Shown here: positions 29,554 through 39,769 of the stretch, piece by piece
How the letters are laid out: the number at the start of each line of letters is the position of its first letter
Numbering within the stretch: the first letter of the stretch is position 1
Translations under genes and position numbers: made by a program
The notes under the pieces: model-generated
Told to the model about the DNA's origin: nothing
The model's database searches: none
The model's input: only the letters and a program-made list of their open reading frames with translations
Assembly (NCBI GenBank): GCA_965224245.1
Contig: OZ245046.1
Span: 2,400,001 to 2,464,000 of the forward strand
From: Candidatus Eiseniibacteriota bacterium
GTDB lineage: Bacteria > Eisenbacteria > RBG-16-71-46 > CAZAMP01
Direction: 5' to 3'
DNA length: 64,000 nt

Positions 29554-30573
29554 ATGTCCACGAACGGCGCCACGACCACGCTGACGAAGAAGGACTTCGA
29601 ATCCGACCAGGAAGTGCGCTGGTGTCCCGGCTGCGGTGACTACGCCATCCTGAAGGCCGTGCAGTCGGTGCTCCCCACGCTCGGCATTCCCAAGGAGAAG
29701 TTCGTCTTCGTGTCCGGGATCGGTTGCTCCAGCCGCTTCCCCTACTACATGGGCACCTACGGCTTCCACACGATCCACGGGCGCGCGATGCCGGTGGCCA
29801 CCGGCATCAAGACCGCCAATCCCGACCTGTCGGTGTGGGTGATCACCGGAGACGGCGACGCGCTCTCGATCGGCGGCAATCACTTCATCCATCTGATGCG
29901 GCGCAACCTGGACGTGAACGTCCTCCTGTTCAACAACCGCATCTACGGCCTCACGAAGGGGCAGGCCTCGCCTACCTCCGAGCTCGGCAAGCGGACGAAG
30001 TCCACGCCGTTCGGCAGCGTGGACGCGCCGTTCAATCCGCTGGCGGTCGCGCTCGGCTCGGGCGCGAGCTTCGTGGCGCGGTCGGTCGACATCTACGGCA
30101 AGCACCTGCAGGAGGTGCTGAGGCGCGCGGCCCTGCACAAGGGCACGTCGTTCGTCGAGATCTACCAGAACTGCAACATCTTCAACGACGGGGCCTTCGA
30201 GTACATGACGGCCAAGACCGTGCGCGGCGACGAGGAGATCGCGCTCGAGCACGGCAAGCCGATCGTGTTCGGCAAGGACCTCGACCGCGGCCTGCGGCTG
30301 TGCGACGCGCTGGGGCTCGAGGTCGTGAACCTCGCCGACGTCGACGAGAGCGAGCTCCTGGTGCACGACGAGCGGGAGCCCTCGTCGACGCTGCCGTATC
30401 TCCTGGCGCAGATGCAGCCGCCGCTCCCGACCCCGATCGGCGTGTACCGGGCGGTCGAGCGAGACACCATCGAGGCCCGCATCCACGCTCAGCTGAGCGA
30501 GATCACGACCACCAAGGGCGCGGGAGACTTCTCGAAGGTGCTTCGGGGGACCGACGTGTGGACGGTGTCCTAG
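29554..30573 (+). CDS. korB: 2-oxoacid:ferredoxin oxidoreductase beta subunit
   Basis: WCPGCGD, SGIGCSSR, GDGD..SIGGNH, YGLTKGQ. Confidence 0.93.
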   Translation: MSTNGATTTLTKKDFESDQEVRWCPGCGDYAILKAVQSVLPTLGIPKEKFVFVSGIGCSSRFPYYMGTYGFHTIHGRAMPVATGIKTANPDLSVWVITGDGDALSIGGNHFIHLMRRNLDVNVLLFNNRIYGLTKGQASPTSELGKRTKSTPFGSVDAPFNPLAVALGSGASFVARSVDIYGKHLQEVLRRAALHKGTSFVEIYQNCNIFNDGAFEYMTAKTVRGDEEIALEHGKPIVFGKDLDRGLRLCDALGLEVVNLADVDESELLVHDEREPSSTLPYLLAQMQPPLPTPIGVYRAVERDTIEARIHAQLSEITTTKGAGDFSKVLRGTDVWTVS

Positions 30574-30592
30574 GTCACCGAGACACATCGCC

Positions 30593-31795
30593 GTGACGAT
30601 CGCCGTCAGCCGGATCACGGCGCTGACCTGGGCGATCGCCGGACTGGGCGCCGGTGCGTTCGTGTCGACGGCGGACGCGAGCACGCCGCTCCCCCCCTCC
30701 GAGGTGGACATCGCGCAGCTCGTGCGCGAGCTCCAGTGGACCTCGCCCGACCCCCGGAACCTGTCGATGGTGTGGGTCTTCCCGCGCGAGCTGATGCATG
30801 CCCTGGTCGCCCAGGGCGGCATCGCGGAGCTCGACGAGGAGATGGCCGCGATCGCGGTCTTCGATCCGTATCTCCCCATCGGAATCGTGCGCGGCGGCTT
30901 CGACGCGTCCGGCGCCCCGTTCTTCGAGAACGCGAACGTGATCCGGAGCTCGGTGCGCCTGGAGACCGACCGTGGCCATCGCCTGGGAGCCGTGAGCCGA
31001 CCGGACTCCCTGGCCCAGCTCGCGCTGGCGCAGATGCAGGAGACGCTCTCGGCCGCCCTCGGTGACCTGGGGGCGCACACGACGTTTCTGCTGTTCGACG
31101 CACTGGATCCCGATGGCGACCCGATCTTCCCCCTGAACCGGCGCGCCACGCTGACGGTGGACCTCGCGGCGGTCGGCCCGCTTCCGTCCGAGCGCGTCAC
31201 GTATCACCTGCCGGCGAGCTCGCTCCTTCGCGGACGCCGCTGCCCGGCCTGCGGCTCCACGTTCAACGGCGCGTGGGTGTTCTGCCCGTGGGATGGCCGT
31301 CACCTCGTCGACGAGGACGGGGACCTCGCCGGCACCGACGAGGGAGCCACCGACGAGGGAGCCACCGACGCGGGAGCCGCCGATGCCGGAGCCGCCGATG
31401 CCGGAGCCGCCGATGCCGGAGCCGCCGATGCCGGAGCCGCCGACGTCGCGGCGACCGCGACGCCGGGTACGCCGACACCGGACGTGGCCGCGATCGAGAC
31501 ACCCGCGCCTCCGGCGGCCGCGGCCGACACGACCGGGGTCGCCGAGCGCCGTCCCCGGGATGGCGCCGGCGACCGCGCCACGAGCCCGGACAGCGGATCG
31601 ACGCCGGGAGTGCGACCCGCCGACGCCGCCGTCTCGGACGCGGGGGCCGACTCCACGGCCGGTGCACGCGAGGTTCCCGCCGACCGCGACCGGGCGGAGA
31701 CCGGGGCTCCTCCGGAGTCCGTGCGTCCCGAGCGAACGCCGCCCGAGCGGCACTACCCGCGTCGCCCACCCACCTGGAAGGGACCGCGCCCCTGA
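30593..31795 (+). CDS. Exported hypothetical protein with zinc ribbon and Ala/Asp-rich disordered tail
   Basis: Signal peptide; CPACG...FCPWDG; DAGAA repeats. Confidence 0.6.
   Translation: MTIAVSRITALTWAIAGLGAGAFVSTADASTPLPPSEVDIAQLVRELQWTSPDPRNLSMVWVFPRELMHALVAQGGIAELDEEMAAIAVFDPYLPIGIVRGGFDASGAPFFENANVIRSSVRLETDRGHRLGAVSRPDSLAQLALAQMQETLSAALGDLGAHTTFLLFDALDPDGDPIFPLNRRATLTVDLAAVGPLPSERVTYHLPASSLLRGRRCPACGSTFNGAWVFCPWDGRHLVDEDGDLAGTDEGATDEGATDAGAADAGAADAGAADAGAADAGAADVAATATPGTPTPDVAAIETPAPPAAAADTTGVAERRPRDGAGDRATSPDSGSTPGVRPADAAVSDAGADSTAGAREVPADRDRAETGAPPESVRPERTPPERHYPRRPPTWKGPRP
31334..31444 (+). repeat. 15-bp in-frame tandem repeat, ~7 copies
   Basis: ACCGACGAGGGAGCC x2, ACCGACGCGGGAGCC x1, GCCGATGCCGGAGCC x4. 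Confidence 0.9.
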
Positions 31796-31802
31796 CCGCC
31801 GG

Positions 31803-33506
31803 TCAGGTCGTAGCGGCGGCGTCCCGCGCCACGAGCGTGACCGCCCGGCGGAGACGTCCCGCGCGGCTCGACGTCACCATCAGCTCGACCGAGGCGCCCT
31901 CCGGAGCGCGGACGATCCACTCCGCCGACCCCCGGTTGTCGGTGACCGATCGCCCCGAGGAACGATCGGTCTTGTTCGATCGGCCCTCGAGATGTCCCAG
32001 CGTCTGCCGCGGCCGACCACGCTCGAACTCGGCGGCATCCGAGACGAGCTCGACCCGCACCGGCTCGGCGCGGCTGGTCTTGCGAGCTCTCTGAGACCCT
32101 GACGTCGGCAGGTACCCGACGTTCTCGACCACGGCCAGCACGTGCCAGCGATCGGTGCCGACCGGCGTGACCCGCACGTCCACCCAGCGGAGCCGGGGCG
32201 CCATCGACGCCATGCCCACCACGAACGGCGCCTGCCGCGCGATCTCGCTCTCCAGGAGCGCCGGCGGCGGATTCCGCCACGAGAAGAGGAAGTCCCAGCC
32301 GCCGATCTCGACCGGCCCCAGCTCGGGATGCTCGAAGGGACGCCACTCGACGAGCGCGTCCGGCGCGTGCTCGGTCACGAACGACAGGATGCGATGGTCG
32401 TCCTCGACGGGGTGGGTCCGCGACCACTCGATGAACTTCAGGTCCTTTCGCTTGGTCTCGATGCCCGATGCCGTCGGCAGGTCCCACAGCTCGACGGTGA
32501 GCGCGAACGCCCCGAGATGGTCGTAGAGCCAGTCGTCGAACGCCCCGCCCATCGTCTCCTTCGGGTGATAGCGGAAGTGATGGAACACCGACACGCACGG
32601 GTACTCGGTCAGCTCGGTGCCCAGCTCTCCAATCGCGTCGAAGACCCAGAGGTCGTGCGTGTCCATCTGCTCGTCCGACCGGTCGCTGAACGGACGCAGC
32701 AGCACGCGGCCGTAGGTGTGGAACGTGATCGCCCCGAACACGTTCGGATGCGTGGTCATGAAGTCGATCACGGCGCGGATCTCCGGCTCGGAGCCCGGGA
32801 AGTCGCCGGCGCCCAGCTGCTCGCCCTCGGGGCGCCAGCCCGCCGGGAAGTTGCGATTGAAGTCGAGCCCCCGATGCGCACGCGCCATCTCGATGGTGTA
32901 GCCGTCGTAGCTCTCGACCCGGCCCTCGGGCAGCACGCGGTAGTACGTACCGCCATTCTCGTGCGGTGCTCGCTTGACCAGGAGCCGGGGGTCTCGATCG
33001 GACACCTTCCAGTCGCCCGCGGCATCCCGGATGCGCATCTGGAGGACGCGACCGTCACCGTCGACGTCCTCGACGTGCAGACCATCGGCCCGTCGATCCT
33101 CCGGATACGGGCGGGTGCCCGATCGCAGGATCTCGGGCGGCCGGGCCAGGGCGCGGGCCGCCCCGTCGGGATTCAGGCGGGGCACGACGTAGAACACCTG
33201 CTCGTCGACCACCCGCGTGATCTCCGGATCCGAGCCGTGGCCGCGGAGGAGGTGGTCGATCAGATACAGCGCCGCCATCGACGCCGTCACCTCGGTGGCG
33301 TGGATGTTTCCGTCCACCCAGAAGGCGGGCTTGTCGGTGTCGGGGCCCGTATCGCGATTGGTGACGACGCAGAGCGGGATCTCGGCGCCCTCGAACGACC
33401 GCCCGAGCACGCGTCGCTCGACCAGCGACGGATGCGCCTCGATCCAGTGATCCAGCATCGCGCCGAGCGCGGCGTTGTCGCAGTAGGTGTCGAAGCGAAT
33501 CTCCAC
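31803..33506 (-). CDS. M14 zinc carboxypeptidase
   Basis: GNIHATE, LNPDG, DFNRNFP, FHTYG; GTG start with GGAAGGAG RBS. Confidence 0.9.
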   Translation of the reverse strand: MEIRFDTYCDNAALGAMLDHWIEAHPSLVERRVLGRSFEGAEIPLCVVTNRDTGPDTDKPAFWVDGNIHATEVTASMAALYLIDHLLRGHGSDPEITRVVDEQVFYVVPRLNPDGAARALARPPEILRSGTRPYPEDRRADGLHVEDVDGDGRVLQMRIRDAAGDWKVSDRDPRLLVKRAPHENGGTYYRVLPEGRVESYDGYTIEMARAHRGLDFNRNFPAGWRPEGEQLGAGDFPGSEPEIRAVIDFMTTHPNVFGAITFHTYGRVLLRPFSDRSDEQMDTHDLWVFDAIGELGTELTEYPCVSVFHHFRYHPKETMGGAFDDWLYDHLGAFALTVELWDLPTASGIETKRKDLKFIEWSRTHPVEDDHRILSFVTEHAPDALVEWRPFEHPELGPVEIGGWDFLFSWRNPPPALLESEIARQAPFVVGMASMAPRLRWVDVRVTPVGTDRWHVLAVVENVGYLPTSGSQRARKTSRAEPVRVELVSDAAEFERGRPRQTLGHLEGRSNKTDRSSGRSVTDNRGSAEWIVRAPEGASVELMVTSSRAGRLRRAVTLVARDAAATT

Positions 33507-33576
33507 CGATCGGCTCCTTCCCGTGTGGCGCGGCACCGCCGAGAGACGCAACCGAGGCGGCGTCCGCGCGAGGTGA

Positions 33577-34110
33577 TCAGCGATCGCCCTGGAATCGCGA
33601 CCGCATCGCTCGTGTGAACGTCTCCGACTCGCCCCTCGGAATGCTCAACGACTCCCACTGATCGTCCACGAGGTGCCGGGCGATCACGATGATCTGGCCG
33701 ACGTGATACGCGGTGTGTGCCAGGCTCCGGTGCATCGCCGCGATCACCGTGTGAGGCTCGCCCCGGATCGAGACGGTCCGATCCAGGTCCGTGGGGGTGA
33801 GCCGCGACAGCTCGTCGAACACGACGTCCCACGCGGCCTGCCATCGCGCGCGAAGCACGGCCGGCGTGTCGTCGTCGCCGACGACGAACTCCGAGTCACG
33901 ATCGCGATCGGGCTTCTCGCCGTCGGTCGTCAGGAAGTCGGACCAGCGCGAGCGGAGGTTGCCGCTCACGTGCTTGAGGAGCGTCGCGATCGCGTTGGAC
34001 TCCACCCCCAGCGCCAGCCGGTAGTCGTCGTCTGACACCTGTGCGAGCGCACGATCACCCAGCGTCTTGTAGCGGCGAAACTCGAACTCGATCGATTCGA
34101 GCGCGTCCAT
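33577..34110 (-). CDS. DinB-superfamily (DUF1572-like) protein
   Basis: NAIATLLKHVSGNLRSRWSDFLTTDGEKPDRDRDSEF...HTAYHVGQI. Confidence 0.88.
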   Translation of the reverse strand: MDALESIEFEFRRYKTLGDRALAQVSDDDYRLALGVESNAIATLLKHVSGNLRSRWSDFLTTDGEKPDRDRDSEFVVGDDDTPAVLRARWQAAWDVVFDELSRLTPTDLDRTVSIRGEPHTVIAAMHRSLAHTAYHVGQIIVIARHLVDDQWESLSIPRGESETFTRAMRSRFQGDR

Positions 34111-34154
34111 GGCCTGAGTCCTCCGATCTCCGCACGCTCGGTAGGGACGCCCGG

Positions 34155-35597
34155 TCAGTCGAACAGACGATAGGATACCCAGCGCGTTCGACCGCGATCC
34201 ACCTCGACCCCCGTGAGCGTCACACGCTCGACGACTCCGCCGCCACCGCTCCGGCTCGTCAACGTCAAATCGTGTATGCCCGCGGGGACGGTCATCCGGG
34301 CCAGGAAGACGTCGCGGGGCAGGTTTCGCCAGCTCCGCACGTCCGCGCGCTCGGTGACCGAGCCCAGGATGTCGACCACCAGCCCGAGTCCCTTGCCGCC
34401 GGCATCCTCGGCCTTTCTCCTGGCGATGTACTTGAGGAGAGCGCGCGCGATCGTACGGATCAGGATCGACGACTCGCGGTCGCGGAAGCTGCGCTCCGCG
34501 TTCGCCGCGAGATCCGAGACCCGCACGGCGCGCACCGGGGCCAGCGCGGGCGAGCCCGCGGAGACCCCGTCCGGGTCCGATGCCGAGGGCGCGACCGCGA
34601 CGTCCACCTCGCGCACCCGGGCCGGCACGTCCGTGAACACCGGATAGGCGATCGAGAGCAGGTACGCCAGCTCGGCCCTGGGCGGCCGCCGCCGGTGGTG
34701 GACGCGCCGGTAGGCGGAGCCGGCCACGAGCCAGACGTCGTGCTCCTCCCTGCTGTCGGTCTTCAGGATCGGAACGTCGATCCGAGCCTCTGACAGCGCG
34801 GGCACGAATCCGCTCTCGACGAGGACCAGCACCGTACCGTGGGACGGGTCGTGCTCGGGAAGCACGACGTCCGGGTATCGCTCGCGCCAGCGAACCACGT
34901 CGTCGGATCGCCCGAGCCGTGCGGCCGTGGTCAGAAGATCCTCGACGAGGACCTCGGGTACCCTCGGACCGCCGTCCTCGCGCTGGGCCGCGTAGATCGC
35001 TTCCGCCTTCTGGAACGACACGTAGGCGTCGTTCCACTCGCCGGCGTCCGCGTACAGGAGACCGGTGACGTACTGCACGAATGCGTCGTCGCGGTAGAGG
35101 GGGTCGGCCAGGTCGTCGGTGTAGAGCTCGAGGTTGGCGTTGGCCTTTCGTGCCTCGACGAGCGCGCTCTGTGGCGCGTCCAGCGCGATGTAGTTGAGCG
35201 CACGGTAGACGTGCACCATCACGCGTTCGAACGTGGCGCCGTCGTAGGGCCGGAGCGCATCGGACGTGACGAGCGACGCGATCTCGACCGAGAGGCTCTT
35301 CGTGTAGAGCTCGTCGATCAGACGCTCGGCCGTCTCGAAGGCCTCGTTTGACGCGACGTAATCCGCGGCGTAGTGAAGAACCAGCCCGCGCTCCAGGGCG
35401 ACGAGGAGCGCGTCGCCACCCTTCTCGACCTCGTCCAGCGCAGTCAGCGCATCGTCGTAGCGGCGCGCCACGAGGTCGCCGCGCGTCCGATCCGACACGC
35501 TGGTGTAGGAGGTCGCGCATCCGACGAGCAGAACCAGGCCCACGACCCACCCCGAGCGCGGACGCGCGCGCAGTGCGCGCGGACGCGCCCGGGTCAC
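34155..35597 (-). CDS. COG3014-like TPR lipoprotein
   Basis: Lipobox LVGC; PYDGATFERVM..YRALNY; TERADVRSWRNLP; GTGA overlap with lpoB. Confidence 0.75.
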   Translation of the reverse strand: MTRARPRALRARPRSGWVVGLVLLVGCATSYTSVSDRTRGDLVARRYDDALTALDEVEKGGDALLVALERGLVLHYAADYVASNEAFETAERLIDELYTKSLSVEIASLVTSDALRPYDGATFERVMVHVYRALNYIALDAPQSALVEARKANANLELYTDDLADPLYRDDAFVQYVTGLLYADAGEWNDAYVSFQKAEAIYAAQREDGGPRVPEVLVEDLLTTAARLGRSDDVVRWRERYPDVVLPEHDPSHGTVLVLVESGFVPALSEARIDVPILKTDSREEHDVWLVAGSAYRRVHHRRRPPRAELAYLLSIAYPVFTDVPARVREVDVAVAPSASDPDGVSAGSPALAPVRAVRVSDLAANAERSFRDRESSILIRTIARALLKYIARRKAEDAGGKGLGLVVDILGSVTERADVRSWRNLPRDVFLARMTVPAGIHDLTLTSRSGGGGVVERVTLTGVEVDRGRTRWVSYRLFD

Positions 35598-36199
35598 GGC
35601 TTGAACCGTCCCCGCGTGATCCCCTTCTTGATCTTCTCGACGTCGGTCCACGTGAGCAGGTTGGTCTCGATGTCGAAGAGCTTCAGATCGATCTGGTAGA
35701 ACGCGACGCGGGCGCCCTCCTCCTGGTCGAGGATGCTGTTGATCTCGCCCACGAGCATGTAGTCGGCACCGAGCTCGCGACCGAGTCGTTTCACGGTCTC
35801 GGGGTCGGCGTTCTCCAGCTGGTCGAGACGCTCGTCACGCACCTGGTCTCGCTCCCCCGCGTCGGCCACGACCTGGACCTGACCGCTGTTCACGAACGCG
35901 CGCTGGAGATCGTTCAGAAACGTCCGGACGTTGATGTGCTCGGTCGTGTTGTTGCGGATGCTGCCGGCGATGACGACCGGGTTGCGCCCGCTCCTGCGAT
36001 GAAAGTCCGCGAGCCAGCGTCCCTCCAGCGAGGACCCGATCATCTGCTCGGCCACCAGGCGGCTGTCGGTGTCGTTCCAGCGACCCGAGAGGTCGGTGAC
36101 GGTACCGGGATCCAGTCGCGTGACCTCTCGCTTGGCGCAGCCGACGGTTCCGCCGGCGATCCACACCGCGCAGATCGCGCACAGTATCCAACGAGCCAC
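35594..36199 (-). CDS. lpoB: Penicillin-binding protein activator LpoB-like lipoprotein
   Basis: Lipobox VGC; TDLSGRWNDTDS; RNNTTEHIN; GADYML.G. Confidence 0.8.
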   Translation of the reverse strand: MARWILCAICAVWIAGGTVGCAKREVTRLDPGTVTDLSGRWNDTDSRLVAEQMIGSSLEGRWLADFHRRSGRNPVVIAGSIRNNTTEHINVRTFLNDLQRAFVNSGQVQVVADAGERDQVRDERLDQLENADPETVKRLGRELGADYMLVGEINSILDQEEGARVAFYQIDLKLFDIETNLLTWTDVEKIKKGITRGRFKP

Positions 36200-36376
36200 G
36201 GGGTCCTCCTTGCGGTCGAGTCGCGACCGGGTTGGGGCGTCGCACGAGGCAGGCAGGGCCGATCGCCACCGCGATCGAACGAACGAGTCTCCGAGAGACC
36301 GGCTGCGATGTCAACCGATCCCTGGCGCTACTCAACCCGTGCCGCGCGGGGAGGTTCCGCCGGCGGCCTCGGGACG

Positions 36377-37729
36377 TCATGTCCGGAGCTCGTGCCCCTG
36401 GTGGACGTGCTTCTGGACCTGAGGATCGAGCCGGTCCAGATACGCGGGGTTCTCGGTGGCGATCCGGATGTACGCGCGCAGGCAGGCTCCGTAGAAGTGG
36501 CGGAGGTTGTCACACACGTGCTCGAGCTTCGAGAAGTCGTGGCTGCCCGAGACCATCGCCTCGTGGTAGCACCCGCCACCGCATAGATGGCGAAGCCAGC
36601 ACGGGGCACAGTACTCCTTCATCCGGACGTTGTTGCCGCGGATGAAGCGGTTGCGGAAGTCGTGGTCGATGCCCTCTTCGATCGTGCCCACACTGTAGCG
36701 ATCGTCACCCACGAAGCGATGGCACGCGTAGAGCTTCCCGTCGGCATCGCTTCCCACGAGTCCGAGCGTGGCCCCGCACGGGTAGTCGCGCACCGATCCC
36801 TCGTGGAACCGCTTGACGAGGCTTGCCACGTTGGAGAATCCGAAGTGGCGGCCGGCGATCGCCTCGTCGGCGAACGTGTCGGCCAGACGGGCCAGTCCCT
36901 CGTTCAGGGCCGCGTAGTCGTCGTCGGTGAACCTCATGCCGGGCTTCTCGACCGAGGCCACGCTCGCGGCCACCTCGTAGAAGCCCATGCCGATCAGGTG
37001 CCGGACGATGTGCTCGACGTCGGCGTTGGCGTGGGTCATCGTGGCCCGTGCCCCCACCTTGAACGGACGGTGCTTGAAGCCGTCGAGAAGGGCGGCGATC
37101 TTCGGAATGATGGAGTCGTAGCTGCCCTTGGACCGATCGCCGACCCAGGGACGTCGGAGGTCGTTCCCCTCCCGGTCGCCGTCGATGCTGACGGTGGTCT
37201 GGACGTCGTACTCGACGAGGAAGTCGATGGCCTCCCGATCGAGCAGGGTGGCGTTGGTGGTCACGGTGAAGGTGACCTCCTTGCCCAGCTCGGCCCCCCG
37301 CTCACGGGCGTGGGCGGCCGCCGCCTTCATGACCGGGAAGTTCATGAAGGGCTCGCCCCCGAAGAACGTGATGGTCACCCGCCTGGCGTCGTCCCCGGCC
37401 TGCCCCAGGAGGAAGTCCACCTGGCGGAGCGCCTCCGAGCGCGTCATCCGGGCCGCGATGGGGGTGGGCGTGTGGTCCTCGAACACGTAGCAGTACGTGC
37501 AGCCGAGATTGCACTCTCCGAGGAGGCTCATCGACAGCGTCTTGACGCTGACCCTCTCGCTCTCGAAACGCCCCGGCGGCGGCGCCGCCGACGCGGCCCG
37601 CTTGCGAAGATCGGACTCGGTGGGAAGCCCATGACCGTTCTCCGACTCGGCCTCGCCGAAGATCTCTCCGGTCTCGACCAGGTACACGTACTCCTTGCCA
37701 CCGACCTCGACGATCTTCGTATCCGCCAA
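36377..37729 (-). CDS. Radical SAM/SPASM peptide or protein maturase
   Basis: TTG start after GGAGGAGG; CNLGCTYC; FFGGEP; SIDG; SPASM C..YACH..C..C...CGGGC..C. Confidence 0.88.
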   Translation of the reverse strand: MADTKIVEVGGKEYVYLVETGEIFGEAESENGHGLPTESDLRKRAASAAPPPGRFESERVSVKTLSMSLLGECNLGCTYCYVFEDHTPTPIAARMTRSEALRQVDFLLGQAGDDARRVTITFFGGEPFMNFPVMKAAAAHARERGAELGKEVTFTVTTNATLLDREAIDFLVEYDVQTTVSIDGDREGNDLRRPWVGDRSKGSYDSIIPKIAALLDGFKHRPFKVGARATMTHANADVEHIVRHLIGMGFYEVAASVASVEKPGMRFTDDDYAALNEGLARLADTFADEAIAGRHFGFSNVASLVKRFHEGSVRDYPCGATLGLVGSDADGKLYACHRFVGDDRYSVGTIEEGIDHDFRNRFIRGNNVRMKEYCAPCWLRHLCGGGCYHEAMVSGSHDFSKLEHVCDNLRHFYGACLRAYIRIATENPAYLDRLDPQVQKHVHQGHELRT

Positions 37730-37867
37730 GTCTGCCTCCTCCGGGGGGTTGGGCGATCCGCTGGGGTGTTCGCGAGTTGGCGGAGTATAGCAGATGCCCG
37801 ACGTCCGGTCGCCGCGCCCGCCCGGGCGGGGCGGCGCACCGGCGCCCAACCGGCACCGACGCGGCCG

Positions 37868-37896
37868 TTGACCCCCCGGATTCGCTTCCCTAGAAT
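37868..37896 (+). promoter_or_regulatory. sigma70 promoter of the M29-like gene; a divergent extended -10 TGCTATACT at 37784-37792 serves the rSAM gene
   Basis: TTGACC-N17-TAGAAT. Confidence 0.65.
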
Positions 37897-37993
37897 GCGC
37901 CGTTCGGCGGTTGCCCTCGGAAAAGGCGCCGCCGTTTCTTTGGACCATTCCCGTACCAGCGGTTCTCCGTGTCCCCCGTGAAAGGAGCCATCC

Positions 37994-38947
37994 ATGAGCG
38001 CTGTCGCCGAGGCGGCGCGGGCGGCGATGACCAAGTGCCTGGCCGTGCAAGCTGAGGACTACGTGCTCGTCGTCACCGACGAGACGTGTCAGGAGATCGG
38101 CCTGACGTTTCGGGACGTTGCGCAGTCACTGGAAGCCGAGACGCTCTTTCTCCAGTATCGCTCGCGCGAGCATCACGGGGACGAGCCGCCGATCGGGGTG
38201 GCCGAGATCATGCGCGAGATGGACGTCGTCCTGGCCCCGACGAAGATGTCGATCAGCCACACCGACGCGCGCCGTCGTGCGTGCAAGGCGGGGGCCCGCA
38301 TCGCGACCCTGCCCGGCGTCACGCCCGAGATGCTCGAACGCTGCTTCGGCGGGGACATCGACGCGGTCGCGGCGCGGGTCCGCGAGATCGCGCGGGCCAT
38401 GCAGGGGCGCGCCGAGGTCCACGTCACCGACGAGGACGGGAGCGACCTCCGGTTCTCGATGGACGGCGCGCGCGTGTTCCAGGACACCGGCATGATCCGG
38501 CAGCCGGGCGACTTCGGCACGCTTCCCCCCGGCAAGGCCGCGGTGGCGCCGGTCGAGGGCAGTGCCCGGGGCGACATCGTCATTCGCGGGACCATGTTCG
38601 GCCGCAAGCTCGAGGACGAGCCGCTCCGGCTCCGCATCGAGGGCGGCCGCGTCGTGGGCGTGGAGGGCGGCGAGGCCGCCGCACGTCTGAACTCGGTCTT
38701 CGAGGCGTTCGGCGACGATGCACGCACGCTGTCGGAGTTCGGGCTCGGCGCGCACGACCACGCGATCCTGACCGGCAATCCTCTCGAGGACGAGAAGGTC
38801 CAGGGCACCATGTACCTGGCGTTCGGCAACAATCGCTCGCTCGGCGGATCCATCGAGGTCGCCGTACACGAGGTGGCCGTCCTGACCGACAACAAGGTCA
38901 CGCTGGACGGTCGAACGCTCCTGGAGAACGGCGTCCTGTCCCTGTAG
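37994..38947 (+). CDS. Aminopeptidase T/M29-like fold protein with apparently degenerate metal ligands
   Basis: SISHTDARRRAC..GARIATLPG; EFGLG; LEDEKV.GT; GNNRSLGG. Confidence 0.75.
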   Translation: MSAVAEAARAAMTKCLAVQAEDYVLVVTDETCQEIGLTFRDVAQSLEAETLFLQYRSREHHGDEPPIGVAEIMREMDVVLAPTKMSISHTDARRRACKAGARIATLPGVTPEMLERCFGGDIDAVAARVREIARAMQGRAEVHVTDEDGSDLRFSMDGARVFQDTGMIRQPGDFGTLPPGKAAVAPVEGSARGDIVIRGTMFGRKLEDEPLRLRIEGGRVVGVEGGEAAARLNSVFEAFGDDARTLSEFGLGAHDHAILTGNPLEDEKVQGTMYLAFGNNRSLGGSIEVAVHEVAVLTDNKVTLDGRTLLENGVLSL

Positions 38948-38979
38948 CTCGCGAGTCGGCGGCTCGTCCGGCCACGCGA

Positions 38980-39759
38980 TCAGTCGGAGCCGGCCCCCGT
39001 GGGGTCGGCCTCCGGCGCCCCCCCTGACCGATCCAGAAGCGACAGGCGATCGCGGGCCAGGACGGCCTCCTCGGAGTCGGGGTACGTCGAGATCACCGAC
39101 TCGAGATAGCGCCTCGCCGCGTCGAGGTCGTCCAGCTCGATGAACGAGAACCCCAGCTTCAGACGCGCGGCCGGAACCTTGTCCGCGGAGGGGTATGTGT
39201 CCATCAGACGTACGAAGGCCTCGACGGCCCGGTTGAAGTCGCCCTCGGCGTAGTAGCACTCTCCGATCCAGTAGATCGCGTTGTCCGCGAGCTCGTGGGC
39301 GGGATGCCGGCGGAGGAACGTCTCGAACCGCTGGATGGCCTCGGACAGGTTGCCGATGGTGACCTCGTGGTACGCGGCCTCGTACTGCGCCCGCGCGTTC
39401 TCGAGGGTCGGATCGGGCGCCGTCGGCCGGCGCCCAGCGCGAATGGACGAGTCACCCAGGCGACCCAGCACGTCGAAGATCTGGTTCTCGATCTGGGTGA
39501 GGCGGGTCTCGAGGTCTTCGAGGCGCAGGAGGGTCTCGGCGTTCGCGTCGGCCATCCGCTCCGTCAACGCGTCCTGTGACGCCGACACGGCATCGAGCTT
39601 CCTGGACGCTCGCGCCTGCCCGGCGAGCACGTCGTCGAGGCGCGTGTCCACCGGTGGAGGGCTGCCGCACCCGCCGAGCCCGGCGAGTCCGGCGAGCCCC
39701 ACGGCGAGGGTCGCGCCGACCCGGAGCGATCGGCGCGACGACCACGAGCCTCGACGCAT
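38980..39759 (-). CDS. cpoB: Tol-Pal system protein CpoB/YbgF
   Basis: Lipobox, coiled coil, TPRs LADNAIYWIGECYY and KVPAARLKLG; follows pal. Confidence 0.85.
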   Translation of the reverse strand: MRRGSWSSRRSLRVGATLAVGLAGLAGLGGCGSPPPVDTRLDDVLAGQARASRKLDAVSASQDALTERMADANAETLLRLEDLETRLTQIENQIFDVLGRLGDSSIRAGRRPTAPDPTLENARAQYEAAYHEVTIGNLSEAIQRFETFLRRHPAHELADNAIYWIGECYYAEGDFNRAVEAFVRLMDTYPSADKVPAARLKLGFSFIELDDLDAARRYLESVISTYPDSEEAVLARDRLSLLDRSGGAPEADPTGAGSD

Positions 39760-39769
39760 CGGAGGGCGC

